41,603 nucleotides of DNA from Polyangiaceae bacterium (GCA_044222475.1 JBGANF010000064.1:1-41603), one strand, 5' to 3'. Counted from the first letter of the stretch, positions 27,689 to 37,212 are shown. Notes: a model not told the origin generated them from the sequence alone. Program-made: numbers and translations.

Positions 27689-28626
27689 CCGGCACGCGGG
27701 AAGCTCCGCCCGAGCACGGTCACCAGCGCGATCACCGCCGCGCAGCCGACGAACCGCAGCGCCACGGGCAACGAAGCTGCGGTGAACGCGAAGACGAGCG
27801 TCAGCGCGAACCCGACGACGAACGCCACCATCGTACCAGCCTGGGACGTCGTGACTCGACGTGACGGCGCTCCACCGAAGTCGATCCCGAAACCGGCCAA
27901 GTTGTTCGCCAGCGGATTGAGCGACGGTTCGTCGCCCGGGAGACCGAGCGGCAGGTCGAGCGTCGCGTGCTCGGCCGGCGCCCACGTCCCGAACATGCGA
28001 TCCCAGATCGAGAGCACGCCACCGAAGTTCTTGCTTCCGAGCACGGCATCACGCGCGTGGTGGACGCGATGCGCCGCCGGGCTGACGAACATCGCATCGA
28101 GCGGTCCGAGCGAGTCGAAGAGCTCGGTGTGGATGACCAGCTTGTAGACCGTCTGAATCGCGTACGCGCCGAACATGACCTCGGGCGGGAGACCCAGCAC
28201 TGCGAGCGGGAGGAGGAACGGCGCGATCTGGAGGGCCGAGAGCCACGGCCCGCGCAGGCCCGAGGCGAGGTTCATCTCGCGCGATTGGTGATGAACCGCG
28301 TGCAGCCCCCACAGCGGCCGGAGGGCGTGGCACGTGCGGTGACCGACGTAGTAGACGAAGTCGATCGCGAGGAACGCCGCAATGGCCGACGCCGGAGACT
28401 TCGGGATCGGAAAGAGCCCGATCCGACCCTCGAGCCATGCGTAGGCGGCGAACACGTTGAGGTTGAGCGTCACGGTGAGCGCGAGCTCGGCCATGTAGTG
28501 GCTGATGCTGTTCATCGCATGACCGAGCGACGCGCCTCGGCGGCCCACTCGGCGAGCGATCAACCGCTCTGCGAGCATGAGGAGAGGAGCGAACACCGCG
28601 GCGGCGAGGTAGTACTCGAGCTTCAT
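27643..28626 (-). CDS. Fatty acid hydroxylase/sterol desaturase family (AGMO-like) di-iron membrane enzyme
   Basis: His boxes YYVGHRTCH, LHAVHHQS, IHTE, HRVHH; KNFGGVLSIWDRMFGT. Confidence 0.9.
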   Translation of the reverse strand: MKLEYYLAAAVFAPLLMLAERLIARRVGRRGASLGHAMNSISHYMAELALTVTLNLNVFAAYAWLEGRIGLFPIPKSPASAIAAFLAIDFVYYVGHRTCHALRPLWGLHAVHHQSREMNLASGLRGPWLSALQIAPFLLPLAVLGLPPEVMFGAYAIQTVYKLVIHTELFDSLGPLDAMFVSPAAHRVHHARDAVLGSKNFGGVLSIWDRMFGTWAPAEHATLDLPLGLPGDEPSLNPLANNLAGFGIDFGGAPSRRVTTSQAGTMVAFVVGFALTLVFAFTAASLPVALRFVGCAAVIALVTVLGRSFPRAGHGPRPAPTAGSETA

Positions 28627-28638
28627 GCGCACTCCCCT

Positions 28639-28654
28639 TTCACGCTCCGTGCCG
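28639..28654 (-). promoter_or_regulatory. Probable sigma54 promoter (variant -12) of the hydroxylase gene, with a UAS at 28697-28712
   Basis: Minus strand reads CGGCACGGAGCGTGAA (GG-N10-GA); GTGCA-GAAAGC-TGTAC lies 42 nt upstream. Confidence 0.6.
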
Positions 28655-28727
28655 CAGGGAACTGCGCGACGGCTGGTCGGCGCTCCCTCCCAGTCCGTGC
28701 AGAAAGCTGTACAGCGTGCAGCTCGCT

Positions 28728-30074
28728 TCAGTAGGGCATCCCGAAGTTGACGAAGAAGCCGATGTCTTCGGCGGATGCGCCCACGTCGAACGCGATGATC
28801 GAAGAGTGGTTCCAGGCGACCCGCAGGCCGCCACCTCCGCTGGGTTTCCAGCGGGTGAACGCGAAGTCGACGCGATCGAACACGCGCCCCACGTCGAAGA
28901 ACGGCGCGACCTGAAGCGCGAACAGCTGGCTTCCGACGTGGAAGTGGACGAACGTCCATCGCACTTCGGCGTTGGCCAGCGCGGACACGGGTCCGATGAA
29001 GCGATCCTGGCGGTAGCCTCGCATCGTGCGTGCGCCGCCGAGCCCGTTCTGATCGTCGTCCGGCGTCGCGAGGGTGTTCATCGCGTAGAACGGGACGCCG
29101 GCGCTCTGCATCGAGTACACGAAGCGTAGCGCGAGGCGCACGTCGGCGAGCTTCGGGAACGGGCTCCAGTAGAAGCGCGCGCCGAGCGTGAGGCGCAAGT
29201 AGTCGTAGCTCGAGCCGAACCCCTTCGCCGCCCACTCGCCGACGGCATAGGCGTACACACCCGATCGCGGATCCGGCTCGAAGTCGCGAGTGTCGAGCGC
29301 CACACTCCCTTTGAGCATGTCGTTCCATCCGCCCCCGCAGCCCACGACCGCGCCGCGCGCGCAATCCTCGCCGAGCTTCGTCGGCCCGTGGATCGCGTCG
29401 ACGGAGTTGCCGGCGGCGTCGATGCCGGTCGTCGGCTTGCCATCGGATCGCGCGACGGCGACGTACTGCACGATCGCGCCGTAGTACACGCGCAGGCGTC
29501 CGCCCCAGAAGAGCCGCTCGAGACCGAACGAGCCCTGGGGGACGTTGAACTCGTAGCGGTTGTAGTCCGGTGACGCGATGCCGCCCGGTCGAAGCGCCGC
29601 GGCATCGTCGAGTTGCTCGCCGTACGTGTCGTGCGTGCGACCTTGGAACGAGAGAGCGTCGAGCGACGCCTCGCCGACGCCAAAATAGTTCGCGTTCACA
29701 TTTCGCTCGAACGCAAGCGAGGCGCGAACGCGCAGCGGCGTACCGTTCAGGTACACCCCGTCGTACGAGAGCACGTGCTGCTGGTAGCCACCCGTCGTGA
29801 CGAATGCCTGCAGAAACACGCGGTGTCGGTAGGGCTCGTAGGCGAACAGCGGCTCATCTCGCCGACCATTGATCGTGTAGTAGCCACCCGCGCCGAGACC
29901 GACCCCGACGGTGGGGTCGTAGCCGATCAGCGGAAGGCCCGAGAAGAAGCTCCCTTCGGGCTTCGTGTCCGCGTCGCGCATTCGCTTTTCGGGGAGGATC
30001 CACGCCGGCGGCGGCGGCTCGGCAAAGGCACGCGTCGACACGAGGATCATCGCAGCCGCGAGCACGTGACGCAC
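28728..30074 (-). CDS. Omp85-family outer-membrane barrel lacking POTRA domains
   Basis: Signal peptide ending AFA; GLPLIGYDPTVGVGLG; DTRDFE; GLGGARTMRGYRQDRF; FFDVGRV; C-terminal FVNFGMPY. Confidence 0.82.
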   Translation of the reverse strand: MRHVLAAAMILVSTRAFAEPPPPAWILPEKRMRDADTKPEGSFFSGLPLIGYDPTVGVGLGAGGYYTINGRRDEPLFAYEPYRHRVFLQAFVTTGGYQQHVLSYDGVYLNGTPLRVRASLAFERNVNANYFGVGEASLDALSFQGRTHDTYGEQLDDAAALRPGGIASPDYNRYEFNVPQGSFGLERLFWGGRLRVYYGAIVQYVAVARSDGKPTTGIDAAGNSVDAIHGPTKLGEDCARGAVVGCGGGWNDMLKGSVALDTRDFEPDPRSGVYAYAVGEWAAKGFGSSYDYLRLTLGARFYWSPFPKLADVRLALRFVYSMQSAGVPFYAMNTLATPDDDQNGLGGARTMRGYRQDRFIGPVSALANAEVRWTFVHFHVGSQLFALQVAPFFDVGRVFDRVDFAFTRWKPSGGGGLRVAWNHSSIIAFDVGASAEDIGFFVNFGMPY

Positions 30075-30085
30075 GCGCCCATTGC

Positions 30086-30101
30086 AGCACGAGTCGTGCC
30101 A
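30086..30101 (-). promoter_or_regulatory. sigma54 -24/-12 promoter of the second Omp85 gene
   Basis: Minus strand reads TGGCACGACTCGTGCT (GG-N10-GC) in the 29-nt gap; predicted +1 is about 30075, next to the GTG start. Confidence 0.7.
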
Positions 30102-30103
30102 GG

Positions 30104-31438
30104 TCAGAGGCCGAGCTCCGCGAGCTTGTTGTAGAGGGTGCGACGGCTGACGCCGAGGAGCCGAGCCGCGAGCGTGCGGTTCCCCTTCGCTCGCGCGAGC
30201 GCCTCTTCGACCGCGGCCCGTTCCGCCGACGCGCGCGAGGCCTGGAGCGATCCGGCACCGCCGCCGGATGGAGAGCTCGAACGTTGCGAGCGCTCGAGCT
30301 CTCGTGTGACGTCTTGCTCGCCGATGACGTCGGCGTCGGCGAACACGACGAGGCGCTCGACGAAGCTCTGCAGCTCTCGGACGTTCCCGGGCCACGGCTG
30401 AGCTTCGAGGAGCGCCACCGCCCCGACGCTCAACGCCGCAGCGCGCCCGTTCTCCTTTGCCGCGCGTTCGCAGAACGTGGCGGCGAGCGCGGCTACGTCG
30501 TCCCGCCGCTCGCGGAGCGGAGGGATCGTGATCGGGATGACGTTCAAGCGATAGAACAAGTCTTCGCGGAACTCGCCACGCGCGACCCCAGCCTCCAGGT
30601 CGCGATGGGTCGCGGCGATGAACCGAACGTCGACGCGCTCGGGCGCCGTTCCACCGAGTCGTTGGAACTCCTTCTCCTGCAGCAGACGCAACAGCTTCAC
30701 CTGGACTTGCGCGCTGACGTCGCCGATCTCGTCGAGGAACAGAGTGCCTCCGGCCGCGAGCTCGACGCGCCCTGGCTTTCGCTTCGCCGCCCCGGTGAAC
30801 GCGCCTTTCTCGTATCCGAAGAGCTCGCTCTCGAGCAGCGTGTCGGGGAGCGCAGCGCAATGGACGGCGACGAACGGCCCCTTTGCGCGCGCGCTCTGGT
30901 CGTGGATGGCGCGCGCCGCGACCTCTTTGCCGGTGCCGCTCTCACCGCGAATGAGCACCGTGGCGACGCTCTTGGCTGCACGACTCATTCTCTCGCGGCA
31001 GTCGCGCATCGCCGCCGATTCGCCGAAGGCATGGGCGGTTGCCGCGGGTGCGTCCGGAACGACGCGACGAACGTGGGTGTCGAGCACGCGCTCGACCGTC
31101 GCGAGGACCTCGTCACGGTCGAACGGCTTGAGGAGGAACTCCTTCGCTCCTGCCTTCATCGCCTCGACCGCGATCGGGACCGTTCCATGCGCCGAGATCA
31201 TGATGACCGGAAGATCCGGCGCGGCTGCGCCGAGGGCGCTCAGCAGCGCGAGGCCGTCCATGCCCGGCATGCGGAGGTCGGTGATGACGAGATCCACGAG
31301 CGAGCTGGCGACTTCGGCGAGCGCGCGCTCACCCGACTCGACCGCGCGCGCGGTGTAGCCCGCTTGGGAGAGGAGACCGACGAGGACCATGCGGAGCGCC
31401 GCGTCATCGTCGACGACGAGGATGTGCGCCTGGGCCAT
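30104..31438 (-). CDS. sigma54-dependent NtrC-family response regulator (RR2)
   Basis: VVDDD/ITDLRMP, GESGTGKE, GAFTGA, FLDEIG, WPGNVREL, HTH GVSRRTLYNKL. Confidence 0.95.
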   Translation of the reverse strand: MAQAHILVVDDDAALRMVLVGLLSQAGYTARAVESGERALAEVASSLVDLVITDLRMPGMDGLALLSALGAAAPDLPVIMISAHGTVPIAVEAMKAGAKEFLLKPFDRDEVLATVERVLDTHVRRVVPDAPAATAHAFGESAAMRDCRERMSRAAKSVATVLIRGESGTGKEVAARAIHDQSARAKGPFVAVHCAALPDTLLESELFGYEKGAFTGAAKRKPGRVELAAGGTLFLDEIGDVSAQVQVKLLRLLQEKEFQRLGGTAPERVDVRFIAATHRDLEAGVARGEFREDLFYRLNVIPITIPPLRERRDDVAALAATFCERAAKENGRAAALSVGAVALLEAQPWPGNVRELQSFVERLVVFADADVIGEQDVTRELERSQRSSSPSGGGAGSLQASRASAERAAVEEALARAKGNRTLAARLLGVSRRTLYNKLAELGL

Positions 31439-31445
31439 GAGGACG

Positions 31446-31461
31446 AGACTAGCCTTATGAT
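31446..31461. promoter_or_regulatory. Back-to-back -10 boxes for divergent RR2 and HK2 (probably leaderless)
   Basis: TAGTCT (minus, 31451-31446) 7 nt before ATG 31438; TATGAT (plus, 31456-31461) 6 nt before GTG 31468. Confidence 0.65.
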
Positions 31462-31467
31462 GCGGCG

Positions 31468-32922
31468 GTGACGACAAGCCTCGTGTCGGCAGCGGCCGCG
31501 TGTGCGGCCTTCTTCGCGATCGCCGCGCTGGCAGCGCTTCGCGGTCGGCGCGAGCCGCTCGCCGCGCGGCTCGCCGCGCTGTGCCTCATCCTCTTCGCGT
31601 ACACCGCGTTCGACCTCATCGGCGCGTTCGTTCCGGGGCAGCCCGCGTGGGACTGGCTCGATGGAGCCTCGGCCGCGCTCACTCCCGCGGCCTTCTTCCA
31701 CTTCACCATCGCGTTCCTCGGCCGACGTTCGGATCTCGGACGCTGGGTGACTCTCGCGTGGGTCTATTTCGGCGCAATCGCGATCGCGAGCCTGGGGCCT
31801 GTCGTCTCGCCGTCGATGGCAGGCTTTCCGAACGGGCCGACGTGGGCAGCGCTGATCCTCGCCGGCATGGCGCCGACGGTCGCGCTCGGCGTCGTGCTCC
31901 TGGTGCGACACGCGCGAGCTTCGCGCGCCGAGGAGCGCGCGCGGACGGCGCTCGTCCTGGGGTGCATCGTCGTCGCCGTGACCGGAACGGCGACCGACTT
32001 GGCGGCGGTGAGCGCCGGCATGAAGTCGCCCGGGATTGCGTCGTGGGCGCTCGTAGCGAGCGCCGCGCTCCTCGCGGTCACGGCGTTCCGCATGCGGGCA
32101 TTCGATCGCGTGCCGTGGCTCGTTCGGGTCAACGCGGCAGCGCTCGCGTTGGTGGTCGTCCTAGGCGAGCTCGCGCTGTTCTGGGGAGTCGGCAGTAGGG
32201 CAGCATTGATGGCGGTCGGCTCCGCGATCCTCGTGCTCGTCGCGCTCCTCGCCGGTCGGTACCTTCTTGGTACAGTGGACGAGGGTCGCGACCGCGCTCG
32301 CGCGGACGCGCTCCTCGGGCGAATGTCGCGGCAGATGGCGCACGATCTGCGAAATCCGCTCGCGGCGATCCGCGGAGCGGCGCAGTACCTCCAGGCGGAG
32401 CGAGCCGCGGGGCGTTCGCTCGACGAGCAGCTCGCTTACGTCGACCTCGTCGTCGATCAGGCCGACCGGATGACTCGAGTCATCGACGAGTACCAGAGGA
32501 TCGGACGAGTCGAGCCGACGCTCGCGTCCGTCTCGCTCCGCGAGCTCGCGAAAGGCGTCGCGAACGAGTTCGGCGACGCAGTGAAGCTCGAGGCCGCCGA
32601 GGGGTCACCGCTCGTCGACGCCGACGCCGAGCTCGTGACGATGGCGCTCGAGAACGTCATCCGCAACGCCGTCGAGGCCGGAGCGAAGAGCATTCGACTG
32701 AGTGTCGACGAGCGCTCGATCGTCGTCGACGACGATGGGCCGGGGATGGATGCGCGCACGCGCGACCGGGCGTTCGAAGAGTTCTACACCACGAAGGCGA
32801 CGGGGTCGGGGCTCGGACTGGCGTTCGTGCGTCGAGTGGCCGAAGCCCACGGCTGGCGGGCGCGGATCGACTCGATCGAGGGCCGAGGGACGCGCGTGAC
32901 CATCGTGACGTCGGCGCGTTGA
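31468..32922 (+). CDS. Multi-TM sensor histidine kinase (HK2), paralog of HK1
   Basis: AHDLRNPL, ENVIRNA, DDDGPGM, FYTTK, GSGLGL. Confidence 0.93.
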   Translation: MTTSLVSAAAACAAFFAIAALAALRGRREPLAARLAALCLILFAYTAFDLIGAFVPGQPAWDWLDGASAALTPAAFFHFTIAFLGRRSDLGRWVTLAWVYFGAIAIASLGPVVSPSMAGFPNGPTWAALILAGMAPTVALGVVLLVRHARASRAEERARTALVLGCIVVAVTGTATDLAAVSAGMKSPGIASWALVASAALLAVTAFRMRAFDRVPWLVRVNAAALALVVVLGELALFWGVGSRAALMAVGSAILVLVALLAGRYLLGTVDEGRDRARADALLGRMSRQMAHDLRNPLAAIRGAAQYLQAERAAGRSLDEQLAYVDLVVDQADRMTRVIDEYQRIGRVEPTLASVSLRELAKGVANEFGDAVKLEAAEGSPLVDADAELVTMALENVIRNAVEAGAKSIRLSVDERSIVVDDDGPGMDARTRDRAFEEFYTTKATGSGLGLAFVRRVAEAHGWRARIDSIEGRGTRVTIVTSAR

Positions 32923-33257
32923 TCAGAACACGAACCCCGCACGCGCAGCTGCGGCGCGATGCCGACTCCACTCCCGACGACCCACAGCGCTTGCAGCGCA
33001 CCTCCCACGGCGACGAAGCGCCACCGGGTGAGGATTCGGACCTCCGTGCTGAGGAGCAGGGCGTCATCCGCGAACTTCACGACATCGACGTTCGCGGTCG
33101 CGCCCATCATCGAGGATCCGCTGTCGCCGTCGGGCGCGCCAGCGGCGGTGGCGACGAACTGTCCGCTCAACTCTGGGGTCGGGCGAGCGAAGGCAGGCGT
33201 GGCGGAGAAGAAGAAGAAGAAGAGCGCGAGGACCGCGAGAAGAATGAAGAACCTCAT
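32923..33257 (-). pseudogene. Small secreted beta-strand-rich protein with apparent frameshift near its 3' end
   Basis: Signal peptide MRFFILL..AFA; the frame runs 139 nt into HK2, but an alternative frame ends ..AGFVF* at a TGA abutting the HK2 stop. Confidence 0.5.
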
Positions 33258-33324
33258 CGCAAACCTTCGTCGTCGGACGCGTCTCGCGCCATGGTCACTT
33301 CGTCGTTAGGATTGTCCTGGCGTC

Positions 33325-36300
33325 ATGCGCGTCCCGAACCTCATCGTTCTGCTCGTCGCCGTGCTCTGCGCATTTTCTCTTGCGCAGAGCGTCTCGATCG
33401 CGACCGAACATGGCACCCACGCGGCGGCACACGTGCCGCGCCTCCCGCTGCGCTTCGAAGCGAACGCGGGCCAGTGGGACTCCCGCGTGCGCTTCGTTGC
33501 GCACGATCACGGCGCGACGTTCTTCCAGACCGACGAAGGGATGACCCTCGCGCTCCGAGATTCGAACGGCCAGCAGGCCGTTGTCACGATGACGCTCGTT
33601 GGCTCCCAGCCGAACGTCCCGATCGGGCAGGAAGAGCTCTCGACGAAGAGCAACTTCTACCTCGGCGGCGACCCGTCCCGGTGGCGCTCCAACGTCTACA
33701 ACTTCGGCCGTACCCTCGCACGAGACGCCCGGCCCGGCGTCGACGTGACGTGGCACGGAGGCGACGGCGGCATCGAGTACGACCTCGTCGTCGCCGCCGG
33801 AGTCGACGCCGCTGCACTCGAGATGGAGATCGACGGTGCAGAAGTCGCGGCCCAGGCTGACGGGGCCATCGCGATCGTGACGACAGCCGGCACGCTCGTG
33901 CAGAAGCCCCCGCGCGTCGTGCAGAGCGGCAGGGAGCTGCGCACACGGTGTCGCGTCGAAGGGGGTCACCGCATCGCGTTCGACATCGAGGGCTACGACC
34001 TCGGGCGCGCGATCCTCATCGATCCGACGTTGGTCTATTCGACGTACGTCGGCGGCAGCAACTACGACTACGTCAACAACGGCAGCATCGCGGTCGACTC
34101 GAGCGGCAACGTCATCGGGACCGGGTACACGGCGTCCACGAATTTTCCGCTCGTGAATCAGGTTCAGAGCACCTTCGGCGGCGGCTCCGACACGGTGGTG
34201 ACGAAGCTGAACGCGTCGGGATCGGCGCTGATCTACTCGACGTACCTCGGCGGCGCGGGCACCGAGAACGGGTGCGGCATGGCGATCGACGCCAGCGACA
34301 ACGCCTACGTCACCGGCTACGCGAGCATCAACTACCCCACCACCGTCGGCGCGTACCAGACGACGTTCGCCGGTGGTGGCACCGACGCCGTCGTGACCAA
34401 GCTCAGCCCCTCCGGCGCGCTCGTCTACTCGACGTACTTCGGAGCCAACAGCAACGACCTCGGCTACGCGATCGCCGTCGACGGGAGCGGCAACGCTTAC
34501 GTCGCCGGAGCCAGCGGCGGTGGCACGTTCATGACCACCCCCGGCGCATTTCAGTCGACGCCGGGAGGCTCCGCCGATGCCTTCGTGATGAAGCTCGATC
34601 CCGCGGGCTCGACGGTCCTCTACTCGACGTTGATCGGGGGAACGACCGCGGACCAAGCCTTCTCGATCGCGATCGACGGCAGCGGCAACGCGTACGTCTG
34701 CGGCGAAACTGCGGGCAACTACCGCATCGTCGGCGGCTCGTACCAGACCGTCTACGGAGGCGCGATCGACGCGTTCGTGACCAAGGTGAACCCGACGGGC
34801 ACGGCGCTCGTCTACTCGACGTACCTTGGCGGCAACAAGTTCGACGGGAGCGAGCGCATCCGGCTCGACTCGAGCAACGCTGCGTACATCGTCGGCCGCA
34901 CGGACTCGGCCAATTTCCCTGCGACCGTCGGCGCACTCCAGACGACGTTGCACGGTAGCGACGCGTACGCCGCGAAGCTGAACCCCGCCGGTACGGCGCT
35001 CGTCTATGCGACCTACCTCGGCGGCACCGGTGCTGCGAGCAAGGCCTGGGATCTCGCGCTCGACTCCAGCAACGATGCCTACGTCGTGGGCGCGACGAGC
35101 GGCACGTTCCCGACCACGGTCGGCGCGCTGAAGACCACGTACGGCGGCGGCGCGAACGACGGCTTCCTCGCCAAGCTCGACCCGACGGCGTCGACTCTCC
35201 TCTACTCGACATACCTCGGTGGCACCGGTGACGACGCGGCGTCCAGCTTCGCGCTCGACGCGAACGGCGACTGGTACGTGGCCGGCTACTCGAGCGGCTC
35301 CTTCCCGACGACGGTGGGCGCGGTTCAAACGACGTTCGGCGGAGGCACCAGCGACACGTTCTTCATGAAGATCGGGGGAACCGGCGTTCCGCTGGCCGTC
35401 AATCCAACGTCGGCCAACGTCCCACCGCTCGGAGCTCAATCGTTCGGCGCCTCCGGTGGCAGCGGGAGCGGCTACACGTACACGCTTCAGACCAACGCCT
35501 CGGGCGGCAGCATCAACTCGTCGAGCGGCGCGTACCAAGCTGGTACCACCGGAAACGTCACCGACGTCGTGAAAGTCACCGACTCGCTCGCGAACACCGC
35601 GACGGCGAACGTTACCGTCGGACCCGGCGTGAGCATCTCGCCTGGGAGCCCGTCGAGCCCACCGAAGGGGGGGATTGCCTTCAGCGCGTCCGGCGGCAGC
35701 GGCACGGGCTTCACGTGGTCACTCACGACGAACGCCTCGGGCGGAGCGATCAACCCGACGACCGGCGCGTACACCGCCGGCGCGGTGGGTAGCGTGGTCG
35801 ACACGGTGAGCGTGGTCGACTCGCTCGGCAACACCGCGAGCACGACGGTCAGCGTCGGCGCCGTGGTCGCGATCTCTCCGTCCGCCCCGACGACACCACC
35901 TCTCGGCGGCGTGAGCTTCAGTGCCAGCGGCGGGAGCGGGACCGGATGGGTGTGGTCGATCTCGGTCGACAATTCGGGCGGCACCATCAACGCGGGCTCC
36001 GGCGCGTACACCGCAGGTGCCACCGGCGGCGTGACCGACACGGTCCACGTGGTCGACTCGCTCGGCAACGTCGCGAACACCATCGTCACGGTCGGGAACG
36101 GCGTCGTCATCTCACCACCCACGCCGACGACTCCACCGAAGGGCGCGATCGGCTTCACCGCGAGCGGAGGGAGTGGAGCCGGGTACGCGTGGTCGGTGCA
36201 GACGAACGCGTCCGGCGGGACGATCAACGCATCGAGTGGCGCATACGTCGCGGGCCCGACGGGCAACGTCAACGACGTGGTGAAGGTCGTCGACTCGCTC

Positions 36301-37212
36301 GGGAGCGCGTCGACGGTGTCGGTCGTGGTCGGCCCCGGTGTGACGATTTCTCCGAGCGCGCCCAGCGCGCCGCCAAAGGGCACGATCGCGTTCGCTGCGA
36401 GCGGCGGAAGCAACGCTGGATTCACCTGGTCGATCAAGACGAACGCGTCGGGCGGGTCGATCAACGCGTCGTCCGGTGCCTACGCCGCAGGCTCGAAGGA
36501 GCTCTCGGTCGACACCGTCGCGGTGGTCGACTCACTCGGCAACGGTGCCGAAGTGAATGTTTCGGTCGGCGGCGGGCTCGCGATCGACCCTGCGTCACCC
36601 AGCACGCCACCGCGCGGTTCGATCGCGTTCATCGTGGTCGGCGGCAGCGGCGGTGGGTACGCGTGGTCGCTGGCCACGAATGCGTCCGGCGGAAGCATCG
36701 ATGGCGTGACGGGCGCCTACGTCGCCGGCAGCACCGGAAACGTGACCGACGTCGTCCGGGCAGTCGACTCACTGGCAAACACCGCGACGGTGAGCGTAAC
36801 GGTCGGATCCAGCGTGACCGTGACGCCGCGCACGGCAGGCGTCGCACCCAACGACTCGATCGCATTCGCTGCAAGCGGAGGCAGCGGCAAAGGCTACGCG
36901 TGGTCGCTCGTCACGAATGCGTCGGGCGGGAGCGTCGACGCGGCGACGGGGGCATACGTCGCGGGCCGCACTCCTGGAGAGGACGTGGTGCGTGTCGTCG
37001 ACTCGCTCGGCAACGCGGACTCGGCCACGGTCACCGTCAGCTCCCCGACGACGCCACCGCCGCCGAGCGGATGCGACTGCCAGATGACGGGAGGCTCGAC
37101 CGGCGGTGGCTACTTCGCGCTCGTCGTCGCGGCGGCACTGCTCGGATGTCGGACGCGCCGAGCGAGACGCAGTCACACGATCGTGAAGTCGTCGATGGGC
37201 GGACCCCCGTAG
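33325..37212 (+). CDS. Large surface protein: N-terminal FEANxGQ domain, 7 SBBP beta-propeller repeats, 7 Ig-like repeats, MYXO-CTERM-like tail
   Basis: LRFEANAGQWD..ILIDP; seven YSTYxGG blades; seven 79-aa repeats; GCDC + hydrophobic + RRARR tail. Confidence 0.88.
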   Translation: MRVPNLIVLLVAVLCAFSLAQSVSIATEHGTHAAAHVPRLPLRFEANAGQWDSRVRFVAHDHGATFFQTDEGMTLALRDSNGQQAVVTMTLVGSQPNVPIGQEELSTKSNFYLGGDPSRWRSNVYNFGRTLARDARPGVDVTWHGGDGGIEYDLVVAAGVDAAALEMEIDGAEVAAQADGAIAIVTTAGTLVQKPPRVVQSGRELRTRCRVEGGHRIAFDIEGYDLGRAILIDPTLVYSTYVGGSNYDYVNNGSIAVDSSGNVIGTGYTASTNFPLVNQVQSTFGGGSDTVVTKLNASGSALIYSTYLGGAGTENGCGMAIDASDNAYVTGYASINYPTTVGAYQTTFAGGGTDAVVTKLSPSGALVYSTYFGANSNDLGYAIAVDGSGNAYVAGASGGGTFMTTPGAFQSTPGGSADAFVMKLDPAGSTVLYSTLIGGTTADQAFSIAIDGSGNAYVCGETAGNYRIVGGSYQTVYGGAIDAFVTKVNPTGTALVYSTYLGGNKFDGSERIRLDSSNAAYIVGRTDSANFPATVGALQTTLHGSDAYAAKLNPAGTALVYATYLGGTGAASKAWDLALDSSNDAYVVGATSGTFPTTVGALKTTYGGGANDGFLAKLDPTASTLLYSTYLGGTGDDAASSFALDANGDWYVAGYSSGSFPTTVGAVQTTFGGGTSDTFFMKIGGTGVPLAVNPTSANVPPLGAQSFGASGGSGSGYTYTLQTNASGGSINSSSGAYQAGTTGNVTDVVKVTDSLANTATANVTVGPGVSISPGSPSSPPKGGIAFSASGGSGTGFTWSLTTNASGGAINPTTGAYTAGAVGSVVDTVSVVDSLGNTASTTVSVGAVVAISPSAPTTPPLGGVSFSASGGSGTGWVWSISVDNSGGTINAGSGAYTAGATGGVTDTVHVVDSLGNVANTIVTVGNGVVISPPTPTTPPKGAIGFTASGGSGAGYAWSVQTNASGGTINASSGAYVAGPTGNVNDVVKVVDSLGSASTVSVVVGPGVTISPSAPSAPPKGTIAFAASGGSNAGFTWSIKTNASGGSINASSGAYAAGSKELSVDTVAVVDSLGNGAEVNVSVGGGLAIDPASPSTPPRGSIAFIVVGGSGGGYAWSLATNASGGSIDGVTGAYVAGSTGNVTDVVRAVDSLANTATVSVTVGSSVTVTPRTAGVAPNDSIAFAASGGSGKGYAWSLVTNASGGSVDAATGAYVAGRTPGEDVVRVVDSLGNADSATVTVSSPTTPPPPSGCDCQMTGGSTGGGYFALVVAAALLGCRTRRARRSHTIVKSSMGGPP
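35389..37040 (+). repeat. Seven intragenic tandem repeats, 237-nt period (79 aa)
   Basis: GAY codons at 35527, 35764, 36001, 36238, 36475, 36712, 36949 (constant 237-nt spacing). Confidence 0.92.

Noticed and set aside
30102..30190. TGCAC-type UAS upstream of the 30086-30101 promoter
   Set aside because: No matching site at 41-42 nt; the region is RR2 coding sequence, so this promoter was left out of the four-promoter set
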